Below are positions 12,729 through 24,658 of a stretch of 64,000 nucleotides of DNA, one piece after another. Position 1 is the first letter of the stretch. Every line of letters starts with the position of its first letter. A program made the translations under genes and the position numbers. Under the pieces are notes generated by a model. That model saw only the letters and a list, made by a program, of their open reading frames with translations, was not told the DNA's origin and made no database searches. This DNA is from Eledone cirrhosa (lineage: Eukaryota). The stretch is taken from positions 10,478,001-10,542,000 of the forward strand of contig OZ024743.1 in NCBI GenBank assembly GCA_964016885.1. The letters are read 5' to 3'.

Positions 12729-12878
12729 CATCATCATCATCATCATCGTTTAACGTCCATCTTCCACGCTTGCATGGGTTTGGACGAGAGTTTTCCCACT
12801 TGAAGCAAGAGTGGTTGTCTTGCTCGCATAGGATTGTCTGGCGGGTTTTCTATGGCTGGATGCCCTTCCTAACACCAA
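12729..12878 (-). mobile_element. RTE family A, 150-bp 3' tip
   Basis: Matches the last 150 nt of the A 3' UTR. TA flanks. Confidence 0.9.
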
Positions 12879-12930
<52 letters not shown>

Positions 12931-12933
<3 letters not shown>

Positions 12934-13811
12934 AATAAACGTGCTGCAGAGTTGCAAATGGGTTACATATGAATAAAGTGGTCCTTCATCAGTGATCTTC
13001 CAACCATCATCGGTATTTCTTCGCTTTAAAGACCATATACCTCCGGTTGGTGCGAGCAACGGCTAAAGAAAGTCGTTGGGACATGTAAATAAAGGGAACA
13101 GCGAGAGTGTAAACAAACAAAGATGGTGAAGCAACGAAAAGTGAGGAAGAGCGAGTCAAGTCCAAAAATTTCCATGAATATAAGTTCGGTGAAATCGTGA
13201 ACGAGAGAGAATAAAGACCATCAAACCTGGTTGAAATGTGAGCAAGGAAAGAATTTCGCACAGGTCTAACGGGAGAAAGAAGGGGTCTAGTCTGTGAATT
13301 CGGTAAACATAAGTTCTGTGAAATCGTAGACGAAAGAGAGAAAAAATGCTGACCGGCCTGGCCAAGCGTGCGAAAGAAAAGATTTACGCACAGGTCAAAT
13401 GGGAAGGAGGAGGAGGAGAGGTAGTAACAGAGTGAGTGAGTGAAGGGTGAGGAAGAGGCTAACAGAGAGAGTGACTGTTAGAGAGGGTAAAGATACAGAG
13501 AAAGAGGAAGCAGTAAGAACGAAATAGACGGGTCATAGCAGGAGAAAAAAATATGTGTAAATATGAGAATAAACGTGCTGCAGAGTTGCAAATGGGTTAC
13601 ATATGAATAATGGACTTGACTCGCTCTTCCTCACTCTTCCTCACTTTTCGTTGCTTCACCATCTTTGTTTGTTTACACTCTCGCTGTTCCCTTTATTTAC
13701 ATGTCCCAACGACTCTCTTTAGCCGTTGCCCGCACCAACCGGAGGTATGTGGTCTTTAAAGCGAAGAAATACCGATGGTGGTTGGTAGATCACTGATCAA
13801 GGACCACTTTA

Positions 13812-13818
<7 letters not shown>
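12931..13818. mobile_element. Repeat with combined direct and inverted duplications, resembling Penelope-like terminal repeats
   Basis: 45-bp direct repeat at 12932-12976 and 13566-13610. About 200-bp inverted repeat at 12967-13164 vs 13611-13818. Purine-rich interior. (TA)n on both sides. Confidence 0.6.
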
Positions 13819-13863
<45 letters not shown>

Positions 13864-14001
13864 CATATATTTATATATATATATACATACATATATATAT
13901 ATACATATACATATATATATAGATTACCCACTCTACTAACCCAAGTATTGAGTACTTTGGTGCGTTATGGTCCACCTGGTTTCTTACCACATTTCCTTCG
14001 T

Positions 14002-14035
<34 letters not shown>

Positions 14036-14162
14036 CATACATATATATACATATATATATATATTTATATATATATATACATACATATATATACATATAT
14101 TTATATATATATACATACATATATATACATATATATATATATATTTATATATATATACATGC

Positions 14163-14204
<42 letters not shown>

Positions 14205-14423
14205 TTATATATATATACATACATATATATACATATATATATATATGTACTACCAAACCAACTTCTTACATAAAAGTTAATCAATATTTATGGTACGTCA
14301 AAATTATTTATAAAACTGTTTATATATTGTATTTTATCTGAAGAAGGCATGCCATATTTTTAATATGGTATCCCCGAAATATGTATAATGAAATAAATAT
14401 GGTTTTATATATATATATACATC

Positions 14424-14454
<31 letters not shown>

Positions 14455-14480
14455 GTATATATTTATATATATATACATAC

Positions 14481-14512
<32 letters not shown>

Positions 14513-14528
14513 ACATACATATATATAC

Positions 14529-14561
<33 letters not shown>

Positions 14562-14578
14562 CATACATGTATATACAT

Positions 14579-14580
<2 letters not shown>
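13815..14580. repeat. Higher-order (TA)n microsatellite containing two short unique islands
   Basis: Recurring unit TATTTATATATATATACATACATATATATACA. Islands at 13921-14002 and 14247-14405. Confidence 0.9.
14330..14395 (+). ncRNA. Minimal type I hammerhead ribozyme motif
   Basis: tattttat-CTGAAGA-aggcatgccatatt..aatatggtatcccc-GAAA-tatgta-TA-atgaaata. Homologous to 35437-35500. Confidence 0.65.
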
Positions 14581-14609
<29 letters not shown>

Positions 14610-14979
14610 ATTTTAACGTCCGTGTTCCACGCTTGCATGGGTTTGGACGGGGGTAGTCCCACTTGAGGCAAGAGTGATTGTCTTGCTCGCATAGGACTGT
14701 CTGGCAGGTTTTCTACAGTTGGATGCCCTTCCTAACACCAACCACATTTACAGTGTGGGTCTGGGAGGTTTTTACCGTGTTGCCTACACGGCCACATTAC
14801 AGCGTGGACTGTGTGTTTTTTTGTCGTGACACCTACACGATCTCATTTGTTTCGGCCTGGAAGGCGCGGCACCAACATAACTTTACATAGAATGGGGTGG
14901 TGTGGATGGGGTGGGGGTGGTGGGACGGGGTGTATTTTGTTAGAGATGCCTACTGGCTGGAGTAGGTTTTACTATATAT

Positions 14980-17900
14980 TTAGGTAAGGCGGGTCTTCTC
15001 TGTTACTGAGTACCGCCAAAGGTCTCGGTCCAGTGACATTGTCTTGGAGAGGTGTGTGTGATGTCGGAGTTTATCAGCTCGTCCCAGGTTTTTCTAGGTC
15101 TGCCTATTCCGTGACTACCATCTATCTTTATTGCCCTGCACTTTGTTATACAGCTATCGACTTTCATGCGCATCACGTGTCCATTCCAACGTAGCCTTCT
15201 CTCGAGTAAACAACATCTGATCCCTCTTATCTCTAATTTTTTCCTTAGTTCGTTTCTGCTTTGCCATTCACGTATATTACTGTTACACATCCAGCGGAGC
15301 ATGCAAGCTTCGTTCCTCTCTAGTCTGCGTATATCCTCTGCACACAATGCCCAGGTCTCACTGCCATGCAACATTGCTGTTCGTATGCAGGCATCGTACA
15401 ACCTGCCTTTCATTTTTAGGGAGAACCCTTTAGCAGCTAATAGTGGTATAAGCTCTCTGAACTTTTTCCAACCAGTTCTGACTCTAGCTACAGTACTTTC
15501 AGAGCACCCTCCCCCACTGCTGATTTTATCGCCCAGGTAACGGAAGCTGTCCACTATTTCTATAGAACCCTCTGCGCAATTGAAAGAGCTAGTATTTTGT
15601 GGGCACTTGCTGCTACTTATTGCACCAGAACACCGGCCACATGTAAAATCTATGTTCTTAGTTAGCTTACCTGTGATCCCACTACATCTTTTATGCACCC
15701 ATACTTTGCATTTAGGACATAAAATGGAGTTTCTACCTACGCCTTTCCTACACACCGAGCACGACCATTTCCCAGAAGGGACCGCCGCCTTGTTTTCTTT
15801 CCTACAAACTAGAACTTTGGTCTTAGCCAGGTTAATTTTAAGTCCTTTTGACTCTAGGCCGTGCTTCCATGTTTGGAATTTCTTCTCTAGCTCGGACATT
15901 GATTCCGCTATGAGTGTCAGGTTAGATCGTCTGCGTATAGGAGTTCCCATGGGCAGCCTGTCTTGAACTCCTCTGTTATAGCCTGAAGGGCAATAATAAA
16001 TAGTAGGGGGCTGAGAACAGAGCCCTGATGGACGCCAACTTTTACGCTAAACTCTTCACTATATTCGTTGTTAATTCTAACCTTGCTGACTGTTTCTTTA
16101 TACATGGCTTGTATAGCCCTCACAAGCCATTCGTCAACGCCTAGTTTTCTAAGAGCCCACCAGATAATGGAGCGGGGGACTCTGTCGAAGACTTTCTCCA
16201 AGTCGACAAAAGCTAAGTAGAGGGGTTTACCTTTCGCTAGGAACTTCTCCTGTAGTTGTCGTACTATGAAAAGAGCGTCTGTGGTACTTTTGCCTGACAC
16301 AAACCCGAACTGCATTTCATCTAGGTCAATTCTCTCTCTGATTAGTTGCGCTATTACTTTTTCCGTGACCTTCATGACCTGGTCGATTAATTTAAAGCCT
16401 CTATAGTTACTCCTATCTAGGGCGTCTCCTTTACCCTTATAACAGTTAACGATGATGCTGCTATGCCAGTCCTTCGGAACAACCCCATTCTGTACGACTT
16501 GGTTAACTATGCGAGTGACCATGGTGTGTCCCACCGTGCCAGATGCCTTCAGCATCTCAGCAACTATTTCCGAAGGCCCAGCCGCCTTACCCGTCTTCAT
16601 ATCCTTGATTGCCTTACTTATTATACTCCCCTCGACTAACACTGCTGGTCCCTCTATTGGGTCGATATGGGGGAGACTGTCTTTCTCCCATTTATTCTCC
16701 TCATTTAGTAGCCTTTCATAGTGACACTTCCAAGCTACCTTCTTATCAGCGTCGGTGATGGCAAGTGTGCCATCGTCGTTTAGTACACACTTCTCCCCGA
16801 CAATATCACGGTTTTCCTTGACGCATTGCCTAGCAATCCTGAACACCTCACGTTTTTGGTCATCGCGTTGTAGAACATGCTTGAACTTTCTTTCCTCAGC
16901 TTCCCTTCTTGCTAAGTACACTTCTCTCCTAGCTTCCCTCCTGGCCACTTGATAGTCTACTCTACTTCCCCCATCCCGCCATACTTTCCAAGCCTGCTTT
17001 TTGGCCTTAATTGACCCCTCCACCTTACTGTTCCACCACCATGTTACTCTCCACCTGCCTACAGGCCTGCTCCAGCCACAGACTTCGTCTGTCGCCAACA
17101 GCAGGTTTGCTTTCAGAAATTCCCACTGTCCCTCTATATTGTCCGACTCTAAATGTTGTTCCTTACTGTCGAAAGCATCAAGTAATATGTTTTGAAATTT
17201 ATTTTTGTCTGTGGGGTCCTTTAGCTTCCATATTTTTCTCCTGAGGATAGTCCTCTTCTGCTGTCGAGTACGTCTCGTCCTGACTATGAGGTCGCTAATT
17301 ATCAGTCTATGTTGGGAGGTGCATTCTTCATGGGGGAGGGATTTAGTGTTTACAACAGACACTCTGTCACGTCTTCTGGTAAGGATATAATCTACGTGGC
17401 TTGTGTGTTCCCCGGATCTATAGGTGATCAGGTGATTGTCACGTTTTTTTGAAGTTAGTGTTACAGATAGTTAGGTTATTTGCATCACAGAATTCCAGGA
17501 TTCTGGAGCCTTCCTCATTTCTAGTACCAAACCCATAGCCTCCATGGATTTCGTCGTAGCCGTCACAATGTTGTCCAACGTGACCATTTAGGTCGCCTGC
17601 AATAATTATATAGTCACTGTCAGATATTTGGGAGGTAGTTAGCAACAGTGTCTCATAGAATCTGTCTTTTATAGTGCCGGGCAGTCCGGATTGGGGTGCG
17701 TACGCAGATATTACTGTCACCGTAGTTCTATTGAGGACAAGTCGTATTTTAATTATTCTGTCGTTCACTCTATTTACGTCTATTATCTTATCTGCCCACT
17801 TTTCTGCTACCATGATTCCTACTCCACCCAGCCCATCGTCGTTTCCCACCCAGAAAAGCTTATAACATCGTTTTTTACCCTCAATGAATCTAGCAGACCC

Positions 17901-18141
17901 ACCCCTCCACCTGGTCTCTTGAATACAACAAACATCGACCTCCTTACGTTCAAGCATTTCTACAACCTCGTTAGCGCGACCCTTTAGGGTGCCTACATTT
18001 ATGGTACCAACTCTGAAGTTTTGGAGGGTGGGGGTGGTGGGGGGCGGGGGGAGATGGGGTTATGTTAGCCATCCGCGGGCGAAACAAGTAGGAGTGCTCG
18101 CATTCTCGTCCGCGAGGTGAATTTGACTTTAACTTTGGCAT
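14980..18141 (-). pseudogene. Disrupted APE-RT(PHD) polyprotein
   Basis: VCCIQETRW, ISAYAPQ, AGDLNGH and YADD are present, with at least four frame breaks. Confidence 0.9.
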
Positions 18142-18244
18142 TTTCGCTCTGAGCGTCCAGATTTTTCTCTCCCTTCCACTCTCCAGGATTCCATCCATCC
18201 ATCCATCCATCATATATCGAAGGCAACCGTGCAAGCGATAGTAT

Positions 18245-18410
18245 AGGCCTCTGGCTTATGATTGGTCCGCGTAATAATAATAATGGTGATGCGTGTGTGG
18301 GGGGGGGGGGGTCTCTGGCTTATAATAATAATAATGGTGATGCGTGTGGGGGGGTTCTCTGGCTTATGATTGGTCCACGTATTAAGAATGGTGGTGTGTG
18401 GGGGCGGGTG
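18245..18410 (-). promoter_or_regulatory. Triplicated ~50-55-bp unit with CCAAT motifs in the family A 5' UTR (candidate internal promoter)
   Basis: tctggcttat...ggtg(atgc)gtgtggggg occurs three times, two with GACCAATCAT on the minus strand. A single copy is at ~36790, and GACCAATC is also at ~46736 in family B. Confidence 0.4.
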
Positions 18411-18964
18411 GGGTAGCTAGCTGGAAGGTTATGAATGTTTAACAAGCGATTAACAAAAAGCAAAACTGCAAGATTTGTTCTGTTCAATCCGACAAAAACA
18501 CCGTATTTAAACCTTAATAAATAACAAAAAATACAGATTTCGGATTTTGCGAGATTGGATGTTTGGACTATGTACGAAATTGTGGCGTGGAGTAGATAGG
18601 AAAAACGTGAATGTTACGATTACATGGGTACACCGTAGTAGGAATAGTTGAAGCAGCAATTGTTTGGCGAAAGTGAATAAACATGAACGGGAATTTATCT
18701 TATATATATATATATGTATGTGTGTGTAGCTAAGAGAGAGAGAGAGGGGAAGGGGAAGAGAGAGAGAGTGGGAAGGGGGAGAGAGAGAGAGAGTGGTTGA
18801 CCGCAACCCCTCATGAAGAAGATGGTGGGTGAAGGGTGTATGAGCGGGATTTTTGACTTTCGAGGTAGCATAATATATATATTTAAAGGAATTTATAAGA
18901 AGTAGAATGGGAAGGATTTTGTTTTTTGTTTGAGAATACGATAGAATTAAGGAATTGGAGGATA

Positions 18965-18997
<33 letters not shown>

Positions 18998-19012
18998 CAT
19001 ACATATATATAC

Positions 19013-19071
<59 letters not shown>

Positions 19072-19081
19072 CATACATATA

Positions 19082-21323
19082 GAGGTGTTCAGGATTGCTA
19101 AGCAATGTGTCAAGGAAAACCGTGATATTGTCGGGGAGAAGTGTGTACTTAATGATGATGGTGTACTTGCCATCACTGATGCTGATAAGAAGGTAGCTTG
19201 GAAGTGTCACTACGAAAGGCTTCTAAATGAGGAGAATAAATGGGAGAAAGACAGTTTCTCCCACATCGACCCAGTAGAGGGACCGGCAGTGTTAGTCGAA
19301 GGTAGTATAATAAGTAAGGCAATCAAAGATATGAAGACGGGTAAGGCGGCTGGGCCTTCGGAAATAGTTGCTGAGATGCTGAAAGCCTCTGGAACGGTGG
19401 GACACACCATGGTCACCTGGATAGTAAACCAAGTCATACAGAATGGGGTTGTTCCGAAGGACTGGCGTAGCAGCATCATTTAACTGTTACAAGAGTAAAG
19501 GAGATGCCCTAGATAGGAGTAACTATAGAGGCATTAAATTAATCGACCAGGTCATGAAGGTCACGGAAAAAGTTATAGCGCAACTAGTCAGAGAGAGAAT
19601 TGATCTAGATGAAATGCAGCTCGGTTTTGTGTCAGGCAAAAGTACCACAGACGCTCTTTTCATTGTACGACAACTACAGGAGAAGTACCTAGCTAAAAGT
19701 AAACCCCTATACTTAGCTTTTGTTGACTTGGGGAAAGCCTTCGACAGAGTCCCCCGTTCCATTATCTGGTGGGCTCTTAGAAAACTAGGTGTTGACGAAT
19801 GGCTTGTGAGAGCTATACAAGCCATGTATAAAGAAACAGTCAGCAAGGTTAGAATTAACAACGAATATAGTGAAGAGTTTAGTGTAAAAGTTGGTGTACA
19901 TCAGGGCTCTGTTCTTAGCCCCCTACTATTTATTATTGCCCTTCAGGCTATAACAGTGGAGTTCAAGCCCGGCTGCCCATGGGAACTCTTATACGCAGAT
20001 GATCTAACGCTCATAGCTGAATCAATGGCTGAGCTAGAGAAGAAATTCCAAACATGGAAGCATGGCCTAAAATCAAAAGGGCTTAAAATTAACCTGGCTA
20101 AGACTAAAGTTCTAGTTTGTAGGAAAGAAAATAAGGCGACGGTCCCTTCCGGGAAATGGCCATGCTCAGTGTGTAGGAAAGGCGTAGGTAGAAACTCCAT
20201 TTTATGTCCCAATTGCAAAGTATGGGTGCATAAAAGATGTAGTAGGATCACAGGTAAGCTAACTAAGAACATAGATTTTACATGTGGCCGGTGCTCTGGT
20301 GCAATAAGTAGCAGCAAGTGCCCACAAAATACTAGCTCTTTCAATTGCGCAGAGGGTTCTATAGAAATAGTGGACAGCTTCCGTTACCTAGGTGACAAAA
20401 TCAGCAGTGGGGGAGGTTGCTCTGAAAGTACAGTAGCTAGAGTCAGAACTGGATGGAAAAAGTTCAGAGAGCTTATACCACTATTAGCCGCTAAAGGGTT
20501 CTCCCTAAAAATGAAAGGCAGGTTGTATGATGCTTGCATACGAACAGCAATGTTGCATGGCAGTGAGACCTGGGCATTGTGTGCAGAGGATATATGCAGA
20601 CGAGAGGAACGAAGCTTGCATGCTCCACTGGATGTGTAATAGTAACATACGTGAACGGCAAAGCATAAGCGAACTAAGGAAAAAATTAAAAATAAGAGGG
20701 ATCAGATGTTGTTTACTAGAGAGAAGGCTACGTTGGTATGGTCACGTGATGCGCATGAAGGACGATAGCTGTATAACAAAGTGCAGGGCAATAAAGATAG
20801 ACGGTAGCCACGGAATAGGCAGACCAGAAAAACCTGGGACGAGCTGATAAACTCCGACCTCACACACTTACACCTCACCAAGACAATGTCACTGGACCGA
20901 GACCTTTGGCGGTACTCAGTAATAGAGAAGACCCGCCTTACCTAAATACAAAGTGAAACCTACTACAGCCAGTAGGCATCTCTAACAAAATACACACCCG
21001 TCCCACCACCCCCACCCCATCCACACCGCCCCCTTCTATGTAAAGTTATGTTGGTGCCACACCATCCAGGCCGAAACAAATGAGATCGTGTAGGTGTCAC
21101 GACAAAAAAACACACAGTCCACGCTGTAATGTGGCCGTGTAGGCAACACGGTAAAAACCTCCCAGCCCCACACTGTAAATGTGGCTGGTGTTAGGAAGGG
21201 CATCCAGCTGTAGAAAACCCGCCAGACAGTCCCATGTGAGCAAGACAATCACTCTTGCCTCAAGTGGGAAAACCCCCGTCCAAACCCATGCAAGCGTGGA
21301 ACACGGACGTTAAACGATGATGA

Positions 21324-21327
<4 letters not shown>
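19082..21327 (+). mobile_element. RTE family A, 5'-truncated and frameshifted
   Basis: ORF pieces 18926-19483, 19443-20639 and 20527-20847, followed by the A-type 3' UTR. TA flanks. Confidence 0.95.
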
Positions 21328-21384
<57 letters not shown>

Positions 21385-21386
21385 TG

Positions 21387-21420
<34 letters not shown>

Positions 21421-21426
21421 TATATG

Positions 21427-22115
<689 letters not shown>

Positions 22116-22164
22116 TATATATACATACATATATATATATATATATACATATATATATACATAT

Positions 22165-22496
22165 GGAGGCACATTGCTTAGTGGTTAGAGCATTGGCCTT
22201 GCAATCGAAAGGTTGTGAGTTCAATTCTCAGACCGGGTGATGTGTTGTTTCCTTGAGCAAGACACTTTATTTCACATTGCTCCAGTTTACTCAGCTGTAG
22301 AAATGAGATGATAGGGACTGGGGTCCCCATCATTCCACTGCAAAGTGGTCGTGGAGGTGCCACGGCAAAAAAGCACCCAGCACTCACTGTAAATGAGGTT
22401 GGTGTTAGGAAGGGCATCCAGCTGTAGAAATCAAGCCAGAATCAGTTCCCGTGCCACCCTTGCAAGCAGGGAAAAGCGGACGTAAAATGATGATGA
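22165..22496 (+). mobile_element. tRNA-derived SINE with RTE-type body and tail
   Basis: A box (gcttagtggttag) and B box (gagttcaattc), then ccttgagcaagacact. The body matches the family B 3' UTR and the terminus matches the family C 3' end. Confidence 0.9.
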
Positions 22497-22531
22497 TATA
22501 TGATGATACATATATATATATATATATATAT

Positions 22532-22562
<31 letters not shown>

Positions 22563-22693
22563 CATACATATATATATATACATATATATATATACATACA
22601 TATATATACATATATAGATATATATAAATATATATATACATACATATATATACTTATAGATATATATATATAAATATATATATATATACATAC

Positions 22694-22736
<43 letters not shown>

Positions 22737-22796
22737 TATATATATATACATACATATATATACATATATAGATATATATATATAAATATATATATA
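22497..22796. repeat. Compound (TA)n microsatellite
   Basis: Directly visible in the sequence. Confidence 0.95.
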
Positions 22797-23184
22797 TCAT
22801 CATCATCATCATTTTACGTCCGCTTTTCCCTGCTTGCAAGGGTGGGACGGGTCTTATTTAGCACAGCATCTCTCCACTCGTCACGGTCCCTCGTCTTCTC
22901 CACCGTAAGCTTCAATGATCTGAGGTCTGTTCTCACCACCTCCGCCCATGTTTTTCGTGGTCTACCTCTAACACGTCTTCCTTCAACTGGCATTTCCTGG
23001 CACTTCTTCACCCATCGGTCATCCTCCATGCGCATCACATGTCCATACCACCTCAGTCTCCTCTCCCGTACACTACATTCTATCCCTCTCAGACACAGTT
23101 TCTCTCTCAACACATTTATGCTGGGTCGTTCACGCACATTTACACTGCACATCCAACGGAGCATGCTTGCCTCATTTCTCTCCA
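22797..23184 (-). mobile_element. RTE family C 3' fragment (ORF runs almost to the tail)
   Basis: [41 protein letters not shown], then (GAT)n. TA flanks. Confidence 0.92.
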
Positions 23185-23187
23185 TAC

Positions 23188-23326
<139 letters not shown>

Positions 23327-24603
23327 AAATATGCATGTGTATGTTTCTATTTACAGAATTTTCTTCGTGTCTACAAAAACCTAAATGTACACTCATGCTG
23401 GTAACATATACTCACTTATATTAATAAATCTTTAAACATTATATCTCATTTTACACATACACATACATGCACACATATACACATACATGGAGATGAAGAA
23501 AAATTCTGTGCACATAAACACACCCAGTTTCCTTTTCTTTTCAAAGCATCTACTTACTGTCCATATGATTGATATACTATTCAGCGTTGTTGCTCTATAT
23601 GCATTGAAACGGCCCATCCTCATAGATAAAGTGCTTTCACTTACTAAGTCTTGAAATGACTTCATAGAAATCATTGAAATGAAAATCAAAAAGAAGAGAA
23701 AAAGAAATTGATGAATAAGTGATATAAAAAAGTTAAAATAGCAACTGCAAAAACGTTGACGGAAAAACAAGATGAGGGAATTTTTAAAAAGGATGCAAAT
23801 AGCAAAAAGGAAAGACAATATTTTTGAGAAGTTTTGCTGAAGGACTCTTTGACCAGGAAAAAAATCTCTTCAGTATATTTGGTATTGAAGCTGTCACTTG
23901 TCAGATTAGAAAATGTCCCATTTTATGGCAATGTCTTTGACAAGTGATCACAAATGTTACATTTAGAGACAGTGGTCAATGACTCATACATTTTCAATAC
24001 CATTTCATGTTATTAACGTTAAATTGACATCTTCTCTGCCTCATGTATGAAAAAGATTTTTTTTTTCTTTCTACAAATAGAAATGTAGTTTTAGAGAATC
24101 TATGACAAAAGCTGACCTCAAAACAAACCACAATGTGAACTGGACTTGCATGCATTACCAAGACAATGAAGAGAGCTTATCAAATAGTTTAAAAAAATAT
24201 AAAATATAGTAAGTAGCATAAGCCTAGCAATGAATGTATTATTGGTTCATGTATTCATGTAACATGGCAGAGTGATTCCATCACATTTTAATATGATTAG
24301 AAGAAAAATGGTGGTGTTGTGTTGGGTGGAAATACAGTGGTGGTGAGGATAATATTGAAGATGGTCATGATAAGGATGATTATTGCATGACTAAAGTTGT
24401 ACTTTTTCAAACTAAATGAACTAGTGTATGTTCTTATAATGTGTAGTTAAAGTGTTTTAACAATGAGCTTACAACTAAGCAAATCGGTTCTCAAGGATTT
24501 ATTATGTAATACAGTATGTTTTCTAACATTTAATCATGCTTACATATATATGTGTGCGTGTGTACGTTTAATCATATACATGCCTTTGTGATGTATACAT
24601 ATA

Positions 24604-24654
<51 letters not shown>

Positions 24655-24658
24655 ATAT

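Larger units (their letters stand above)
14579..18963 (-). mobile_element. RTE family A, full-length copy with frameshifts
   Basis: The 5' UTR (~18140-18960) is homologous to 36260-36900. EN (17439-17957), EN/RT (15917-17362) and RT/PHD (15003-15950) lie in shifted frames. 3' UTR and (GAT)n tail are present. Confidence 0.95.

Noticed and set aside
13871-14656. Many ORFs rich in YIYI/IYIY (also near 3.4, 12, 21-23, 28-29 and 52-53 kb)
   Set aside because: They are translations of (TA)n microsatellites, not genes.
22165-22235. tRNA-like sequences at SINE heads (also 61310 and 6220-6284)
   Set aside because: A and B boxes are present but there is no complete cloverleaf, and the sequence continues into SINE bodies.
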